This document shows positions 1-10,016 of a DNA stretch of 64,000 nucleotides, one piece after another (position 1 is the first letter of the stretch; each line of letters starts with the position of its first letter). The stretch covers positions 133 through 64,132 of the forward strand of contig JBIKIF010000008.1 of the NCBI GenBank assembly GCA_044361745.1, read 5' to 3'. This stretch comes from Holosporales bacterium (lineage in GTDB: Bacteria; Pseudomonadota; Alphaproteobacteria; Holosporales; CAZGKG01). Made by a program: the position numbers and the translations under genes. Under the pieces are notes generated by a model. It made no database searches and was not told the origin of the DNA. It saw only the letters and a list, made by a program, of their open reading frames with translations.

Positions 1-285
1 TGATGGATCTTTTCGATCGCCCCCCAGATTTCATTAATTCATTGTAATATAAGTGTTTTTTTAAATATTGGGCTTTGTAATTCATAAAAATACTCAAAAA
101 ATTGAAAAAATAAATTAATTTACATTATATTAAAAAAATAAAACATTAAAACTTAATAATTTTATTGTTTTGTTTTTTTTGATTTAACAATAAAGATTCC
201 AGGATTGCATTCTGGGGCGTCCGGGCAAAGAGCATTTGGGCCTTGCCTTTTACCCTTTTTTAAGATTTAAAATGCGGGTTCGTTC

Positions 286-885
286 GTGATGTTTGATACA
301 CTGGGCAATAGAAAAAAAGGGAGCTTTGTCGTGGTCCAAGAATCGAGTCTATCCCGTTTGCTGCAACATGAGGCGGCCTTGGCGTTAGGGAAAATTGTGA
401 TCACCGTGGGGGCCTTGTTTGGGGCGTCCCAGGTGGCAATTCCCTTCTATCCGGTCCCCATGACTTTGCAGACTTTACTGATTTTTATCATAGGGCTAAC
501 CTACACGCCTCGGGAGATCCTCTCCTCTGTGGGAGGGTGGTTGCTCCTTGGGGCTCTTGGAGCCCCTGTGTTTTCATCCTTCAGCGGAGGACTGACGGTT
601 CTGATAGGACCCAAGGGAGGGTATTTTCTGGGATTTCTCCTGGCGCCCCTGGTCATGGCATTCTTGAGGGACCAGATTCCTCTGGAAGAGGTTCGGGGAC
701 GTCTTGTGTGGGTGGCCTTAGGGTCTTGTATCGTATTTGGAAGCGGGCTTTTGGTTTTGGCTTCGTTTGTTGGGTTTGAGCAAGCGGTTTCTCTGGGGCT
801 CTATCCTTTTGTGATCGGAGATCTGCTCAAGATGGGAATTGCGGTTGCCGTCTCAGCCTCTGTGTCCACTCCCAAGACAAAGTGA
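286..885 (+). CDS. bioY: Biotin transporter BioY (ECF S-component family)
   Basis: 199-aa multi-TM ORF with BioY-type motifs 'PVPMTLQTLLIF' and 'GAPVFSSFSGGLTVLIGPKGGYFLGF'. Start is GTG 286 or ATG 289. Confidence 0.85.
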   Translation: MMFDTLGNRKKGSFVVVQESSLSRLLQHEAALALGKIVITVGALFGASQVAIPFYPVPMTLQTLLIFIIGLTYTPREILSSVGGWLLLGALGAPVFSSFSGGLTVLIGPKGGYFLGFLLAPLVMAFLRDQIPLEEVRGRLVWVALGSCIVFGSGLLVLASFVGFEQAVSLGLYPFVIGDLLKMGIAVAVSASVSTPKTK

Positions 886-896
886 TTCCTTCATCG

Positions 897-2924
897 ATGA
901 TGACTTTTCCCAAAGACGATTTACGTTTGATGGCAAATGCCCTCCGGCTTTTGGCCTTAGACGGCATTGAGCACGCAGGAAGTGGCCATCCCGGGATGCC
1001 TCTCGGCATGGCAGATGTGGTGTCTGTTTTGGCAGCAGAGGTGCTTCGGTTTCATCCGGAAAAACCGGAATGGGCGGCGCGAGACCGGCTGGTTTTGTCG
1101 GCGGGCCATGGATCGATGCTGCTGTACGCCCTTCTCCATCTGACCGGATCTCCCTCCATGACAAAGGATCAGCTGGCCCAATTCCGGAGGCTTGGGAGTT
1201 TGACCCCTGGCCATCCGGAGGCGGGTCATACCCCCGGTGTGGAGGTGACTACCGGTCCATTGGCGCAGGGGTTGGCCAATGGGGTGGGGATGGCGCTGGC
1301 AGAGCGTCTTCTGGTCTCAGAATTTGGAGAAGATCTAGCGGGTCACTGTACCTACGTTATTGTGGGGGACGGATGTTTGATGGAAGGGCTGTCCCAGGAG
1401 GCCATCTCTTTGGCCGGGCATTTAGGCCTGGGGCGCCTGATCGTTTTATTTGATGATAATGGGATTACGATTGACGGTCCCACGTCTCTCAGCACGTCAG
1501 AGGACCAGAGCGCCCGTTTTAAAGCGTGTGGATGGCATGTCCAGGCGGTGGATGGCCACGACACCGATGACGTGCGGTTGGCCCTGAGCCAGGCGATGGC
1601 AGAGACCGCACGGCCCTCTCTCATTGCCTGTCGCACCACCATCGGCTATGGGGCCCCTACGAAAGCGGGAACAGCGGCGGTGCATGGAAGCCCTCTGGGG
1701 GCGATGGAGGCTCAAGGGACTCGGCAGGCTCTGGGGGGGGAGGCGCTTGGGCCCTTTGAAGTGGATCCTCGGACAGCGGCTCTCTGGCGCTTGGTGGCGG
1801 CCCGTGGCATGGCCAGCTGGCAGGCTTGGGAGAAGACGAAAGCGTCCATCGATTCAGATGTTTTGGAGCGATTTGAGACACGGATGTCCCGGGTTTTGCC
1901 TGACGGGTGGGAGAAGGCCTTCTTGGCGGAGGCGTCATCTCTCTTTGAGGCGCCCCAAGCGCTGGCCACCCGGGTTTGGAGTGGGAAAGTTCTGGAGGTC
2001 CTGGAGCGTCATGTACCGGGCCTTCTGGGAGGATCAGCAGATTTAACTCCGTCAAACAATACGGCCATCCCTGGGGGGCGGTCTGTCACAGCGGAAGATT
2101 TTTCCGGCCATTATGTGCATTATGGCATTCGGGAACATGGGATGATGGCTGCCATAAACGGCATGGCCAGTCATGGTGGCTTTGTCCCTTATGGTGGGAC
2201 CTTCCTGGTTTTTTCCGATTACCTACGTCCTGCGTTGCGCTTGGCCGCTTTGTCCAAATTTCCTGTGATCTGTGTGCTCACCCATGATTCCATTGGCCTG
2301 GGGGAAGATGGCCCCACCCATCAACCCATTGAGCACCTCGCCAGTCTTCGGGCCATGCCCAATCTCCATGTGATGCGCCCTGGGTGTGGTGTGGAGGTGG
2401 CGGAATGTTGGGCCCTTGCAGTGGCCTCGACCCAAACACCTTCCGCGATCGCTCTTTCTCGGCAGGCAGTTCCCATGGGGCCACGGCGCCTGGATCCAGA
2501 CCATAACCTCTGCGCCCGGGGGGGATACACCCTCTGTGAGGCGGCGGCAGTCCATCGGGTGACTTTGCTGGCGACGGGTTCTGAGGTGGCTTTGGCCCTG
2601 GAGGTCCGGCAGAGGTTGGAGGCTTCAGGGATAGGCTGCCGGGTGGTCTCTCTGCCGGTGTGGTCTCTGTTTGATCAGCAGCCCTTGGCCTACAGGGAAC
2701 AGGTTCTCTCCACAGGCCAGCCCATCCTTCGGGTGGCCCTGGAGGCGGCGTCCCCGTTCGGGTGGGAGCGCTACGTGGGGACGGATGGTCTGGTGTGTGG
2801 CATTGCCTCCTTCGGTGCATCTGCCCCTGGGTCTGATCTGTATGAGGCCTTTGGCCTGACGGTGCCCCAAGTGCTTGCCAAAATTCAGGCGCGCTTCAGC
2901 AGCGGGGGCAACAGAGGTGTTTAG
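897..2924 (+). CDS. tkt: Transketolase
   Basis: Track ORF 882..2924. Signatures 'HAGSGHPGMPLGMADV', 'GDGCLMEGLSQEA' and 'GEDGPTHQPIEHLASLRAMPN'. ATG 897 is preferred over GTG 882, which overlaps the bioY stop. Confidence 0.95.
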   Translation: MMTFPKDDLRLMANALRLLALDGIEHAGSGHPGMPLGMADVVSVLAAEVLRFHPEKPEWAARDRLVLSAGHGSMLLYALLHLTGSPSMTKDQLAQFRRLGSLTPGHPEAGHTPGVEVTTGPLAQGLANGVGMALAERLLVSEFGEDLAGHCTYVIVGDGCLMEGLSQEAISLAGHLGLGRLIVLFDDNGITIDGPTSLSTSEDQSARFKACGWHVQAVDGHDTDDVRLALSQAMAETARPSLIACRTTIGYGAPTKAGTAAVHGSPLGAMEAQGTRQALGGEALGPFEVDPRTAALWRLVAARGMASWQAWEKTKASIDSDVLERFETRMSRVLPDGWEKAFLAEASSLFEAPQALATRVWSGKVLEVLERHVPGLLGGSADLTPSNNTAIPGGRSVTAEDFSGHYVHYGIREHGMMAAINGMASHGGFVPYGGTFLVFSDYLRPALRLAALSKFPVICVLTHDSIGLGEDGPTHQPIEHLASLRAMPNLHVMRPGCGVEVAECWALAVASTQTPSAIALSRQAVPMGPRRLDPDHNLCARGGYTLCEAAAVHRVTLLATGSEVALALEVRQRLEASGIGCRVVSLPVWSLFDQQPLAYREQVLSTGQPILRVALEAASPFGWERYVGTDGLVCGIASFGASAPGSDLYEAFGLTVPQVLAKIQARFSSGGNRGV

Positions 2925-3372
2925 CAAGGTCATTGTGGGATGCGATCACGCGGGATTTGGTCTGAAGCCCCTATTAGTCCAAGAAATCCATGAGAAAGGC
3001 CTGCAGATAGAGGATGTGGGCGCTTTCTCCAGTGAAGAAAGTGTCGATTATCCCGATTCTGTGTCTCCGGTGGTGCGGGCTGTTCTGGCCAATCCAGAGG
3101 TCTGTGGTCTTTTGATTTGCGGGTCTGGGATTGGCATGAGCATTGCTGCCAACCGATTTCCTGGGATCCGAGCCGCCTTGTGTTCGGATGTGTTGACGGC
3201 GCAGCTCGCCCGCCAGCATAATGACGCGAATGTGCTTGTGCTGGGAGCGGGGATGATTGGTCCCCGTTTAGCCTCTGCCTGCCTGTCTGCCTTTTTAGGA
3301 TCTTCCTTTGAAGGGGGGCGTCATTCGGTACGCCTGGAGAAACTGGCCCGTTTAACAAACACCTGGGAATGA
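2917..3372 (+). CDS. rpiB: Ribose-5-phosphate isomerase B
   Basis: Track ORF 2875..3372. RpiB/LacAB motifs 'VIVGCDHAGFGLK', 'LICGSGIGMSIAANR' and 'NDANVLVLGA'. GTG 2917 is the likely start because upstream codons overlap tkt. Confidence 0.9.
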   Translation: MFSKVIVGCDHAGFGLKPLLVQEIHEKGLQIEDVGAFSSEESVDYPDSVSPVVRAVLANPEVCGLLICGSGIGMSIAANRFPGIRAALCSDVLTAQLARQHNDANVLVLGAGMIGPRLASACLSAFLGSSFEGGRHSVRLEKLARLTNTWE

Positions 3373-3379
3373 TCCCACG

Positions 3380-4333
3380 GTGTCTCAGAAAGAAAATAAG
3401 ATGACGTCTTCGTCTTCGAATAGGATCCCTCCTGAAGCTATGCGCTGTTCTTTGGTGGCGGTCGTTGGTCTCCCGAACGCGGGCAAATCGACTTTGGTCA
3501 ACGCTCTCGTTGGACAAAAAGTTTCGATTGTGTCCCACAAGGTGCAAACAACCCGCAACCGCGTGATGGGGATTGCCCTGAAGGGTGAGGCTCAGGTTGT
3601 TTTGATGGATACACCGGGGGTTTTGTCGGCGCCGAAAAAGCGCTTTGAAAAAGCCATGTTGGGGGCTGCCCTGGAGGCGCCTCAGGGAGCGGACCTGACC
3701 CTCTTGGTGGTGGATGCCAGCCGAGGAAAACCAGAGGAGCAGAGGGCTTTGTTGCGGCAACTGGAGACCTGTGGCTCTCCTTTATGGGTGGTCCTGAATC
3801 AGATTGATCGTCTTGACAGGCCTCAGCTTCTGGTGTGGGCACAATTTTTTAGAGAGTTCCCTCAAATTCAACAAACCTTCATGGTGTCTGCATTAACAGG
3901 GGATGGGGTTGAGGATTTGGGACGTTCTCTGGGGACGAGTGCGCGCCCAGGCCCGTGGCTGTTTCCAGAGGATCAAGTCTCAAGCGCACCCCAAAGAATG
4001 TTGGCGGCGGAAATCACCCGAGAGGTTTTGTTCCACTTTCTCCATCAAGAGGTCCCTTATTCTCTGTATGTCGAGACAGAAGCGTGGGAAGAATTCCGCA
4101 ACGGAAGCGTCAAGATTTCCCAAGTCATTCACGTGATGAAAGAAACCCAGAAGGCCATTGTCTTGGGACACCAGGGGAGTTTGATCAAGAAACTGAGCAC
4201 CTTAGCCCGCCAAGAGCTCGTTCAAGAATTAGGTCGGCCGGCCCATTTGTTTCTTTATGTGAAGGTGACGCCGGATTGGATGGATCGAGCTCGGTTCTAC
4301 ACGCTGATGGGCCTGACGTTTCCCGCTCAATAA
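3380..4333 (+). CDS. era: GTPase Era
   Basis: G1 'GLPNAGKST', 'QTTRN', G3 'DTPG', G4 'NQID', plus a C-terminal KH-like region. ATG 3401 is an alternative start. Confidence 0.92.
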   Translation: MSQKENKMTSSSSNRIPPEAMRCSLVAVVGLPNAGKSTLVNALVGQKVSIVSHKVQTTRNRVMGIALKGEAQVVLMDTPGVLSAPKKRFEKAMLGAALEAPQGADLTLLVVDASRGKPEEQRALLRQLETCGSPLWVVLNQIDRLDRPQLLVWAQFFREFPQIQQTFMVSALTGDGVEDLGRSLGTSARPGPWLFPEDQVSSAPQRMLAAEITREVLFHFLHQEVPYSLYVETEAWEEFRNGSVKISQVIHVMKETQKAIVLGHQGSLIKKLSTLARQELVQELGRPAHLFLYVKVTPDWMDRARFYTLMGLTFPAQ

Positions 4334-4572
4334 ACCACCTTGTACTTCCCTTTCCAGTTTTTTTCAAACTTTCAGGGGTTTTCATTTCTGGGGAGAACCC
4401 TGCACAACGTGCTGTTCTTCACCAGCCTATGACAGCCGGCGGTGGAGGGGATATGGGGTCATTTGATATTCGGTTTGCGACATCTCTATCTTCGCTCCTC
4501 GCGCTTACGCTCAAACTCAAATGAAAATAATTGAGCTATAGACGTGAGTTCGCCCCATTTTCAAGGTCTAAC

Positions 4573-6072
4573 TCAACGAAAGGGAGGCTCGTCAAAGCCA
4601 CGCAATTTCCGGGAGTGCAGAAGATCAGACCCTCCCTCCCGTAAAATTCGGATTGTCTCGAGTCCGATTTCCATATGCTGGTTCACCCGCTCTGTATAAA
4701 ATTGACTGGCCATTCCCCGAAGTTTCAGCTCTCCGTGGAGAGGTTTGTCAGACACACAGAGAAGGGTTCCGTAAGGGACCCGGAACCGGAATCCATTGGT
4801 GGCGAGAGTTGCGGATTCAAGGTCCATCGCAATGGCGCGGCTTTGATTATAATGCTTAAACAGCTGCGTGGAACGCAATTCCCAGTTCCGGTTGTCAGAG
4901 CTGACAACCGTTCCCGTGCGCATCCTGGTTTTTAAGTCAATTCCTGACAAACCGGTGACACGGACGACAGCTTCTTGTAAAGCCATCTGTACCTCTGCAA
5001 TAGGAGGTGTGGGAATCCAGAGAGGGACGTCCTCATCCAGCACATGATCGTCTCTGACGTAGCCATGCGCCAGAACGTAATCGCCCAAATGTTGGCTCCG
5101 TCTAAACCCAGCACAATGTCCCAGCATAATCCAACAGTGAGGTCTCAGAACTGCCAAATGATCTGTGATGGTTTTTGCGTTGGTGGGTCCGACCCCAATG
5201 TTGACAAAAGTGATCCCATTGCCGTCAGGACGTTTGAGATGGTACGCAGGCATTTGGGGGAGATGGGCGAGACGGCTGGCTTTATGGAATGCAACCCCCC
5301 CCTTGAGGACATCCTCGCGGTGAATCACAAGGTCTCCTGGCTCGACTAACTCCGTGTACTCATCCCCGTGCTCGAGGGCAGACAGTCCGAATTGAATAAA
5401 ATGGTCAATATATCTTTGATAATTCGTCAGCAGAATAAAATTTTGGAAATGCTCTGAGGCAGTTCCACAATAATGGTGAAGACGATGAAGGGAATAATCG
5501 ACCCGCTCTGCCGTAAAAAGAGCCAGAGGTCTCGGACCTTGGGGGCCTGGATCGTAAGTTCCATTTGCAATCGTATCGTCCACTTTGGTTAAATCGGGGA
5601 GAGCAAAATCAACGGGAAGCTTCCAAAGCTCATCCTCTCTCAAATGAGTCAAGGGTGCTTCGTCCACAAACGGCAAAGGGATAGGCCACGTGCTTTTCCC
5701 AACCCAAATAGGGCATTGATGGTGTTCAATGAGAAGACTCATTTGTTCTAAATAATATTTTGCAAACAAGGTGGGCCGCGTGACTGTGGTTCCGTAAAGT
5801 CCGGGCTCTAGAACAGCGCCGTAGGCTTTTCGTGCATCAATATTGAGGCAAGAGGGAGGGACTTGAAAGGCAACATACGGATAAGTGGCATCCTCTAAAG
5901 TTGTAATAGTCACCGTATCAGCGCCCAGTTGCTCGAAAGCGCCCCTGATTTGGTCCCCGCTTTCTTTGTAAATGCGCTGAATTTCTTGAAAAGCCTCATC
6001 CGCAGAATGGAACAGATGCATCTCCCCACGCACAAAGGGTTTCAAAGCATTGGGTGTTTGGACGTTCATCAC
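4573..6072 (-). CDS. amn: AMP nucleosidase
   Basis: The 499-aa ORF is colinear with E. coli Amn as I recall it: 'TTVTRPTLF', 'ITFVNIGVGPTNAKTITDHLAVLRP', 'DNRNWELR', 'YGTLLCVSDKPLHGE' and the C-terminal 'HSRKLRGFDEPPFR'. Confidence 0.95.
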   Translation of the reverse strand: MMNVQTPNALKPFVRGEMHLFHSADEAFQEIQRIYKESGDQIRGAFEQLGADTVTITTLEDATYPYVAFQVPPSCLNIDARKAYGAVLEPGLYGTTVTRPTLFAKYYLEQMSLLIEHHQCPIWVGKSTWPIPLPFVDEAPLTHLREDELWKLPVDFALPDLTKVDDTIANGTYDPGPQGPRPLALFTAERVDYSLHRLHHYCGTASEHFQNFILLTNYQRYIDHFIQFGLSALEHGDEYTELVEPGDLVIHREDVLKGGVAFHKASRLAHLPQMPAYHLKRPDGNGITFVNIGVGPTNAKTITDHLAVLRPHCWIMLGHCAGFRRSQHLGDYVLAHGYVRDDHVLDEDVPLWIPTPPIAEVQMALQEAVVRVTGLSGIDLKTRMRTGTVVSSDNRNWELRSTQLFKHYNQSRAIAMDLESATLATNGFRFRVPYGTLLCVSDKPLHGELKLRGMASQFYTERVNQHMEIGLETIRILREGGSDLLHSRKLRGFDEPPFR

Positions 6073-6231
6073 GGAGGGTGTTTTCCTCTTTGCTTGTTTA
6101 TAAAAAATTTATAAACAAAAATCCTCCCAAAAGAAAGGCTGCCTGGAAAATCTAAATCCCCGTCTTTCTCTGAGAGACGATTCCTTGTACAGTCGGCGCA
6201 TATTCCTTGAATAGACTTAGGTTTTTTTGAG

Positions 6232-7140
6232 ATGCACACTTTTACTTTGCCCAAAAATCATCTCTCCTCATCTGAGGCCTGCGCGTCTGACTATCTGGCC
6301 CTTTTGAAGCCCAGGGTGATGACGTTGGTCCTCTTTACTGGCGCGATTGGTCAGGTGTGTGCCCCCACTTCAGGCTCGGTATTTCTGTCTTTTGTGGGTC
6401 TTTTGGCCCTAGTGCTCGGCGCAGGTGCGTCTGCCAGCTTCAATATGATCTGGGATCAAGAGATCGACCGCTTAATGAGCCGTACGGCCACGCGCCCCAT
6501 TCCAGCGGGTCGCCTGTCTGTACAAAGCGCGACCCTTTTTGGCAGCCTCATAGCTTTGTTCAGTCTGGTCCTGATGGGGCTTGCCTGCAACCTTCAAGCC
6601 GCTCTGTGGCTTTTAGGAGCGATGGTCTTTTATGGGTATATCTATACCTGTCTTTTGAAACGCAGGACGCCTCAAAATATTGTCATTGGGGGACTCAGCG
6701 GGGCGTTAGCCCCTGTGATTGGCTGGGTCAGTGTGACAGGTTCAGCCCTCAGCCTGCTTCCATGGATTCTCTGTGGAATTATTTTTCTTTGGACACCCCC
6801 GCATTTCTGGGCACTGGCTATCGTTCGCGCTGATGATTACGGGAAAGCTGGGATTCCTATGTTCCCCAATGTTTATGGGACCAGAGCGACGGTGCGTGCC
6901 ATGATAAGCTATTTTTTAGTCATGACGTTTGTAGCCGGTTTGCCGTTCGCTTTAGGTCTTTTAGGATCTGTTTATGGCTTGTCCGTCTGCCTCCTCACCC
7001 TCTTTTGGGGCAGATCCATAAATCAACTCAGGCGCGCACCTGAAGATTCCAAGAGCGCATGGATGGTTTTCAAAGACTCTATTATTTATCTTTTTTGTTT
7101 ATTTTTTGGCATTTTTTTAGACCGATTGTTAGGAATCTGA
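6232..7140 (+). CDS. ctaB: Protoheme IX farnesyltransferase (heme O synthase)
   Basis: UbiA-family polytopic membrane ORF with 'YLALLKPRVMTLVLFT' and the Asp-rich motif 'NMIWDQEIDRLMSRTATRP'. Confidence 0.9.
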   Translation: MHTFTLPKNHLSSSEACASDYLALLKPRVMTLVLFTGAIGQVCAPTSGSVFLSFVGLLALVLGAGASASFNMIWDQEIDRLMSRTATRPIPAGRLSVQSATLFGSLIALFSLVLMGLACNLQAALWLLGAMVFYGYIYTCLLKRRTPQNIVIGGLSGALAPVIGWVSVTGSALSLLPWILCGIIFLWTPPHFWALAIVRADDYGKAGIPMFPNVYGTRATVRAMISYFLVMTFVAGLPFALGLLGSVYGLSVCLLTLFWGRSINQLRRAPEDSKSAWMVFKDSIIYLFCLFFGIFLDRLLGI

Positions 7141-7173
7141 GACAATCACCCCCGAAGAGAGAGAAGGCCCTCC

Positions 7174-7626
7174 ATGCGCATGACAATTCTAACCATAGGG
7201 AAGTTGCGCGCTGGCCCATTCAAAGATTTGTGCGAAATGTATCTGAATCGGATGACTTGGTCCGTCGCCATCGAAGAAATAGAAGGGTCTGGCGCCCGCA
7301 GTCGAGGAGAACAGAGGACGCAAGAAACGAAGGCATTGTTGGCCCGCATTCCCTCTGGAGGACGGCCTATTTTTCTAGAGCCCGGGGGGAAAATGTTTTC
7401 AAGTCCTGAGTTTGCCACATGGATTGAAAAACTTGGAACAGAAAACCAAAGGCCTCTTTTTGTCATTGGAGGATCGGAAGGAATCGAAACCTCTCTCTGG
7501 AAAGCTCCGTCTTTTTCCCTTTCACTCGGGCTTGCGACTTGGCCTCACCTACTGGCCCGTGTGATGATGATTGAGCAAATCTACCGCGCCCATGAGATTT
7601 TAGCAGGAAAGAGGTACCATAAATAA
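7174..7626 (+). CDS. rlmH: 23S rRNA (pseudouridine1915-N3)-methyltransferase RlmH
   Basis: 150-aa SPOUT-type ORF with 'ILTIGKLRAG', 'FVIGGSEG' and 'TWPHLLARVMMIEQIYRA'. ATG 7180 is an alternative start. Confidence 0.88.
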   Translation: MRMTILTIGKLRAGPFKDLCEMYLNRMTWSVAIEEIEGSGARSRGEQRTQETKALLARIPSGGRPIFLEPGGKMFSSPEFATWIEKLGTENQRPLFVIGGSEGIETSLWKAPSFSLSLGLATWPHLLARVMMIEQIYRAHEILAGKRYHK

Positions 7627-7881
7627 CCCCAGAGCTCTTGATGGGCCCTGGATTTCTCTCTTCTAAATCCACTTTATAGCACACCAGAGACTTACAATCC
7701 CGGAGATACCGTAGTCCAAGGGCATATTGGAAACGGGGCATCCGGGATCTGATTCACCAGAAAGAGAGACCGGCTCAAGGCGCGCATCCAAGTAAAACTT
7801 GGCTTTACCTAAGGCCGGTAGGACATGAAAATTCAACCTCAAATGACAGGAAGCTCGCTATATTTTCAAGGTGATTCCTGT

Positions 7882-10008
7882 TCAACTGGACTCGTGAGAG
7901 GCTAAGGGGATCTCCAAAGTAAAAATAGTCCCTTGTTTTTCTGCGCTCCTAAAACCTAAATTTCCTCCAGTCCTTTGAATGAAATCAGCACTCATGGAAA
8001 GCCCCAGACCCGTTCCCTGATTCGTCGATTTAGTTGTAAAAAAGGGATCTAAAATGCGATCTTGGGCTGAAGGTGGAATTCCTGGTCCATTGTCCTCAAT
8101 TTCAAGAATGGCCTTAGATTTTTTAATGAACAACCGAATGACAATACGGGCAACATAAGGAGTCCCCCCTTCAAGGTCTTTTTCTTGAAAAGTTTTAAAT
8201 TTTTCTAAGACCGCTTCAAAACTATTACGGAAAATATTCAAAAAAGCCCGTGACATCTGTTTCGAAACGCACACAATAGAAACTGGCTCTTCTATGAGCT
8301 CAAAAAGAACAATCAGAGGCAAAGACCCTACATCTTCTAAAAACCCCTGATACCCCCAAACACCGTATTCCTTAACTAAACTCCCGAGATCCACAAGATC
8401 CATCGTTCCTTCCGTATCCCGTGTCTGAAAAATAATATGATTGAGAAGAGCCGTTGCCTGCTCAGCATGGGCAATAATACGGAAACTCGCTTCAAGCAAA
8501 GAGTCACGTGCCGCATCTGAAACTCCAGAAGCGGCAATGACCTTGGTCTCATCTCGTGCAATCGTTGCAAAATTTAAAATCAAATGAAGAGGATTTCGAA
8601 GTTCGTGCGCGATACCTGTGGCTAACGTGCCGATACCAGCTAGTTTTTCCTGAGCAATAATCTGTTTTTGAGACATCTGGAGGTGGGCAATGGTTTCACG
8701 CAAACGGGAAGATCTTTCTTGCAAACGGTTTTCCAAGTCTGCAATGAGATCTCTTTTTTCTTGAAAAGCTGTGGAAATAAACCTTGCCCAAATGCTCCAT
8801 GTGCCAGACAACGCCCCCAAGGAAAGAGTGGAGCCTAAGCGTTCTTGATTGAGATGAGACATCAGATGTCCCAGAGGCTGTAGAAAAAATCGATTCAAAA
8901 CACCGTAATTGAGGGCTAATAGAAATAAAAAAATCAGAATTTCAAAAAACACGATATGTAAAAAATATTTCATTTCTTGTTGCATTAAATCCCAAGACGA
9001 ACAATAAAAAAACACCCTAAAGGGAGCATTTTTAATGGGGATAGATAAAACCCAATAGCCGGATATCCAACTGATGCTTTGGTATTTAAACTTATTGAGA
9101 CTCTTTTTTACCAAAGAGAGGAGTTTGAAACCACCTGGCAAAACCTCTTTTAAGGCCGCTATTTGTAAGGTGATTTCTTTACCCTCCCTAAAAAAAAGCT
9201 GTTGATTCTCCGAATCCAAAAGAATCATACGCCCAGGAACTGAAGGAGCCTTCTTAAGGTTATTCTGGAAGAACTGAGGGCCCACTGTAAGGGCAAAAAA
9301 CCCATGGACTTGTCCTGCTTCCTTATGAGGTGCCACATAACTCAACAGCCAATTGGATGCTTTTTCCGTAGAAAACACAGGCTGCCAACCATTTGCTTTC
9401 ACGCCTTTGAGATACTCAAATCCCAGCCTTTCAAGCCCAGGAACCCAATCTAAATGAACTGGTGGCGGAAACAATTTCCAAGGCGACACAAATCGAAAGT
9501 TTGGCGCGCTATAGGTCGCAGATTCTAAAAACGGCCAAGAATTGAAAACAAGGCTTAATTTATCTAAAATACTTGACATTAACTGGGTGATGAGTTTTTT
9601 ATCAACGGCACTGAGCTTTTCAAGCGCACAAAATGTTTGTACAAGAGCTTTGATTTCTTTTTTGTTACCTTTAATCGTTTTTTTGGAGTAGGCATGTTCT
9701 TGACCATCCATGGAAAAATGCCGAAAAAATTTTGGGTTCCAAACCATAGCGTCAGAATTGACATCTTCAAACCATGTATCTGAACGGACTTTGAGTAAAA
9801 AAAATTTTTCTTCTAGCATTTCCACTTGGCCTGTAATCGCCTCCTCAATGTTCCGAAGGCGGTCCCCTTGAAACATCCCCCAGAAGAAAAAATTAGACAA
9901 GAAAATAAGGAAAGCTAGAAAAAAAATCATCCACAGGGATAATTTCATATAAGACGTCCAAAAAGCTGGCTTATGAAGGTCTTTTGAATAAAAATTTACG
10001 GATTCCAC
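7882..10008 (-). CDS. Sensor histidine kinase (two TM segments, large periplasmic sensor region)
   Basis: H-box 'AHELRNPL', N-box 'FRNSFEAV', G1 'IEDNGPGI' and G2 'GTGLGLS'. N-terminal TM 'LSLWMIFFLAFLIFLSNFFFW' and second TM 'IVFFEILIFLFLLALNYGVL'. No response regulator is adjacent. Confidence 0.88.
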   Translation of the reverse strand: MESVNFYSKDLHKPAFWTSYMKLSLWMIFFLAFLIFLSNFFFWGMFQGDRLRNIEEAITGQVEMLEEKFFLLKVRSDTWFEDVNSDAMVWNPKFFRHFSMDGQEHAYSKKTIKGNKKEIKALVQTFCALEKLSAVDKKLITQLMSSILDKLSLVFNSWPFLESATYSAPNFRFVSPWKLFPPPVHLDWVPGLERLGFEYLKGVKANGWQPVFSTEKASNWLLSYVAPHKEAGQVHGFFALTVGPQFFQNNLKKAPSVPGRMILLDSENQQLFFREGKEITLQIAALKEVLPGGFKLLSLVKKSLNKFKYQSISWISGYWVLSIPIKNAPFRVFFYCSSWDLMQQEMKYFLHIVFFEILIFLFLLALNYGVLNRFFLQPLGHLMSHLNQERLGSTLSLGALSGTWSIWARFISTAFQEKRDLIADLENRLQERSSRLRETIAHLQMSQKQIIAQEKLAGIGTLATGIAHELRNPLHLILNFATIARDETKVIAASGVSDAARDSLLEASFRIIAHAEQATALLNHIIFQTRDTEGTMDLVDLGSLVKEYGVWGYQGFLEDVGSLPLIVLFELIEEPVSIVCVSKQMSRAFLNIFRNSFEAVLEKFKTFQEKDLEGGTPYVARIVIRLFIKKSKAILEIEDNGPGIPPSAQDRILDPFFTTKSTNQGTGLGLSMSADFIQRTGGNLGFRSAEKQGTIFTLEIPLASHESS

Positions 10009-10016
10009 AGAACGAC

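Noticed and set aside
2930..3760. 276-aa minus-strand ORF spanning rpiB and era.
   Set aside because: It is antisense to two well-supported genes. Its Arg/Pro/Gly-rich composition is typical of out-of-frame translation of GC-rich coding DNA, and no motif is present.
7627..7881. A 255-bp spacer between rlmH and the histidine-kinase gene, examined for an ncRNA (SRP RNA, 6S RNA, tmRNA, RNase P RNA) or a small ORF.
   Set aside because: None of the conserved motifs of those RNAs is present, and no ORF has a Shine-Dalgarno sequence.
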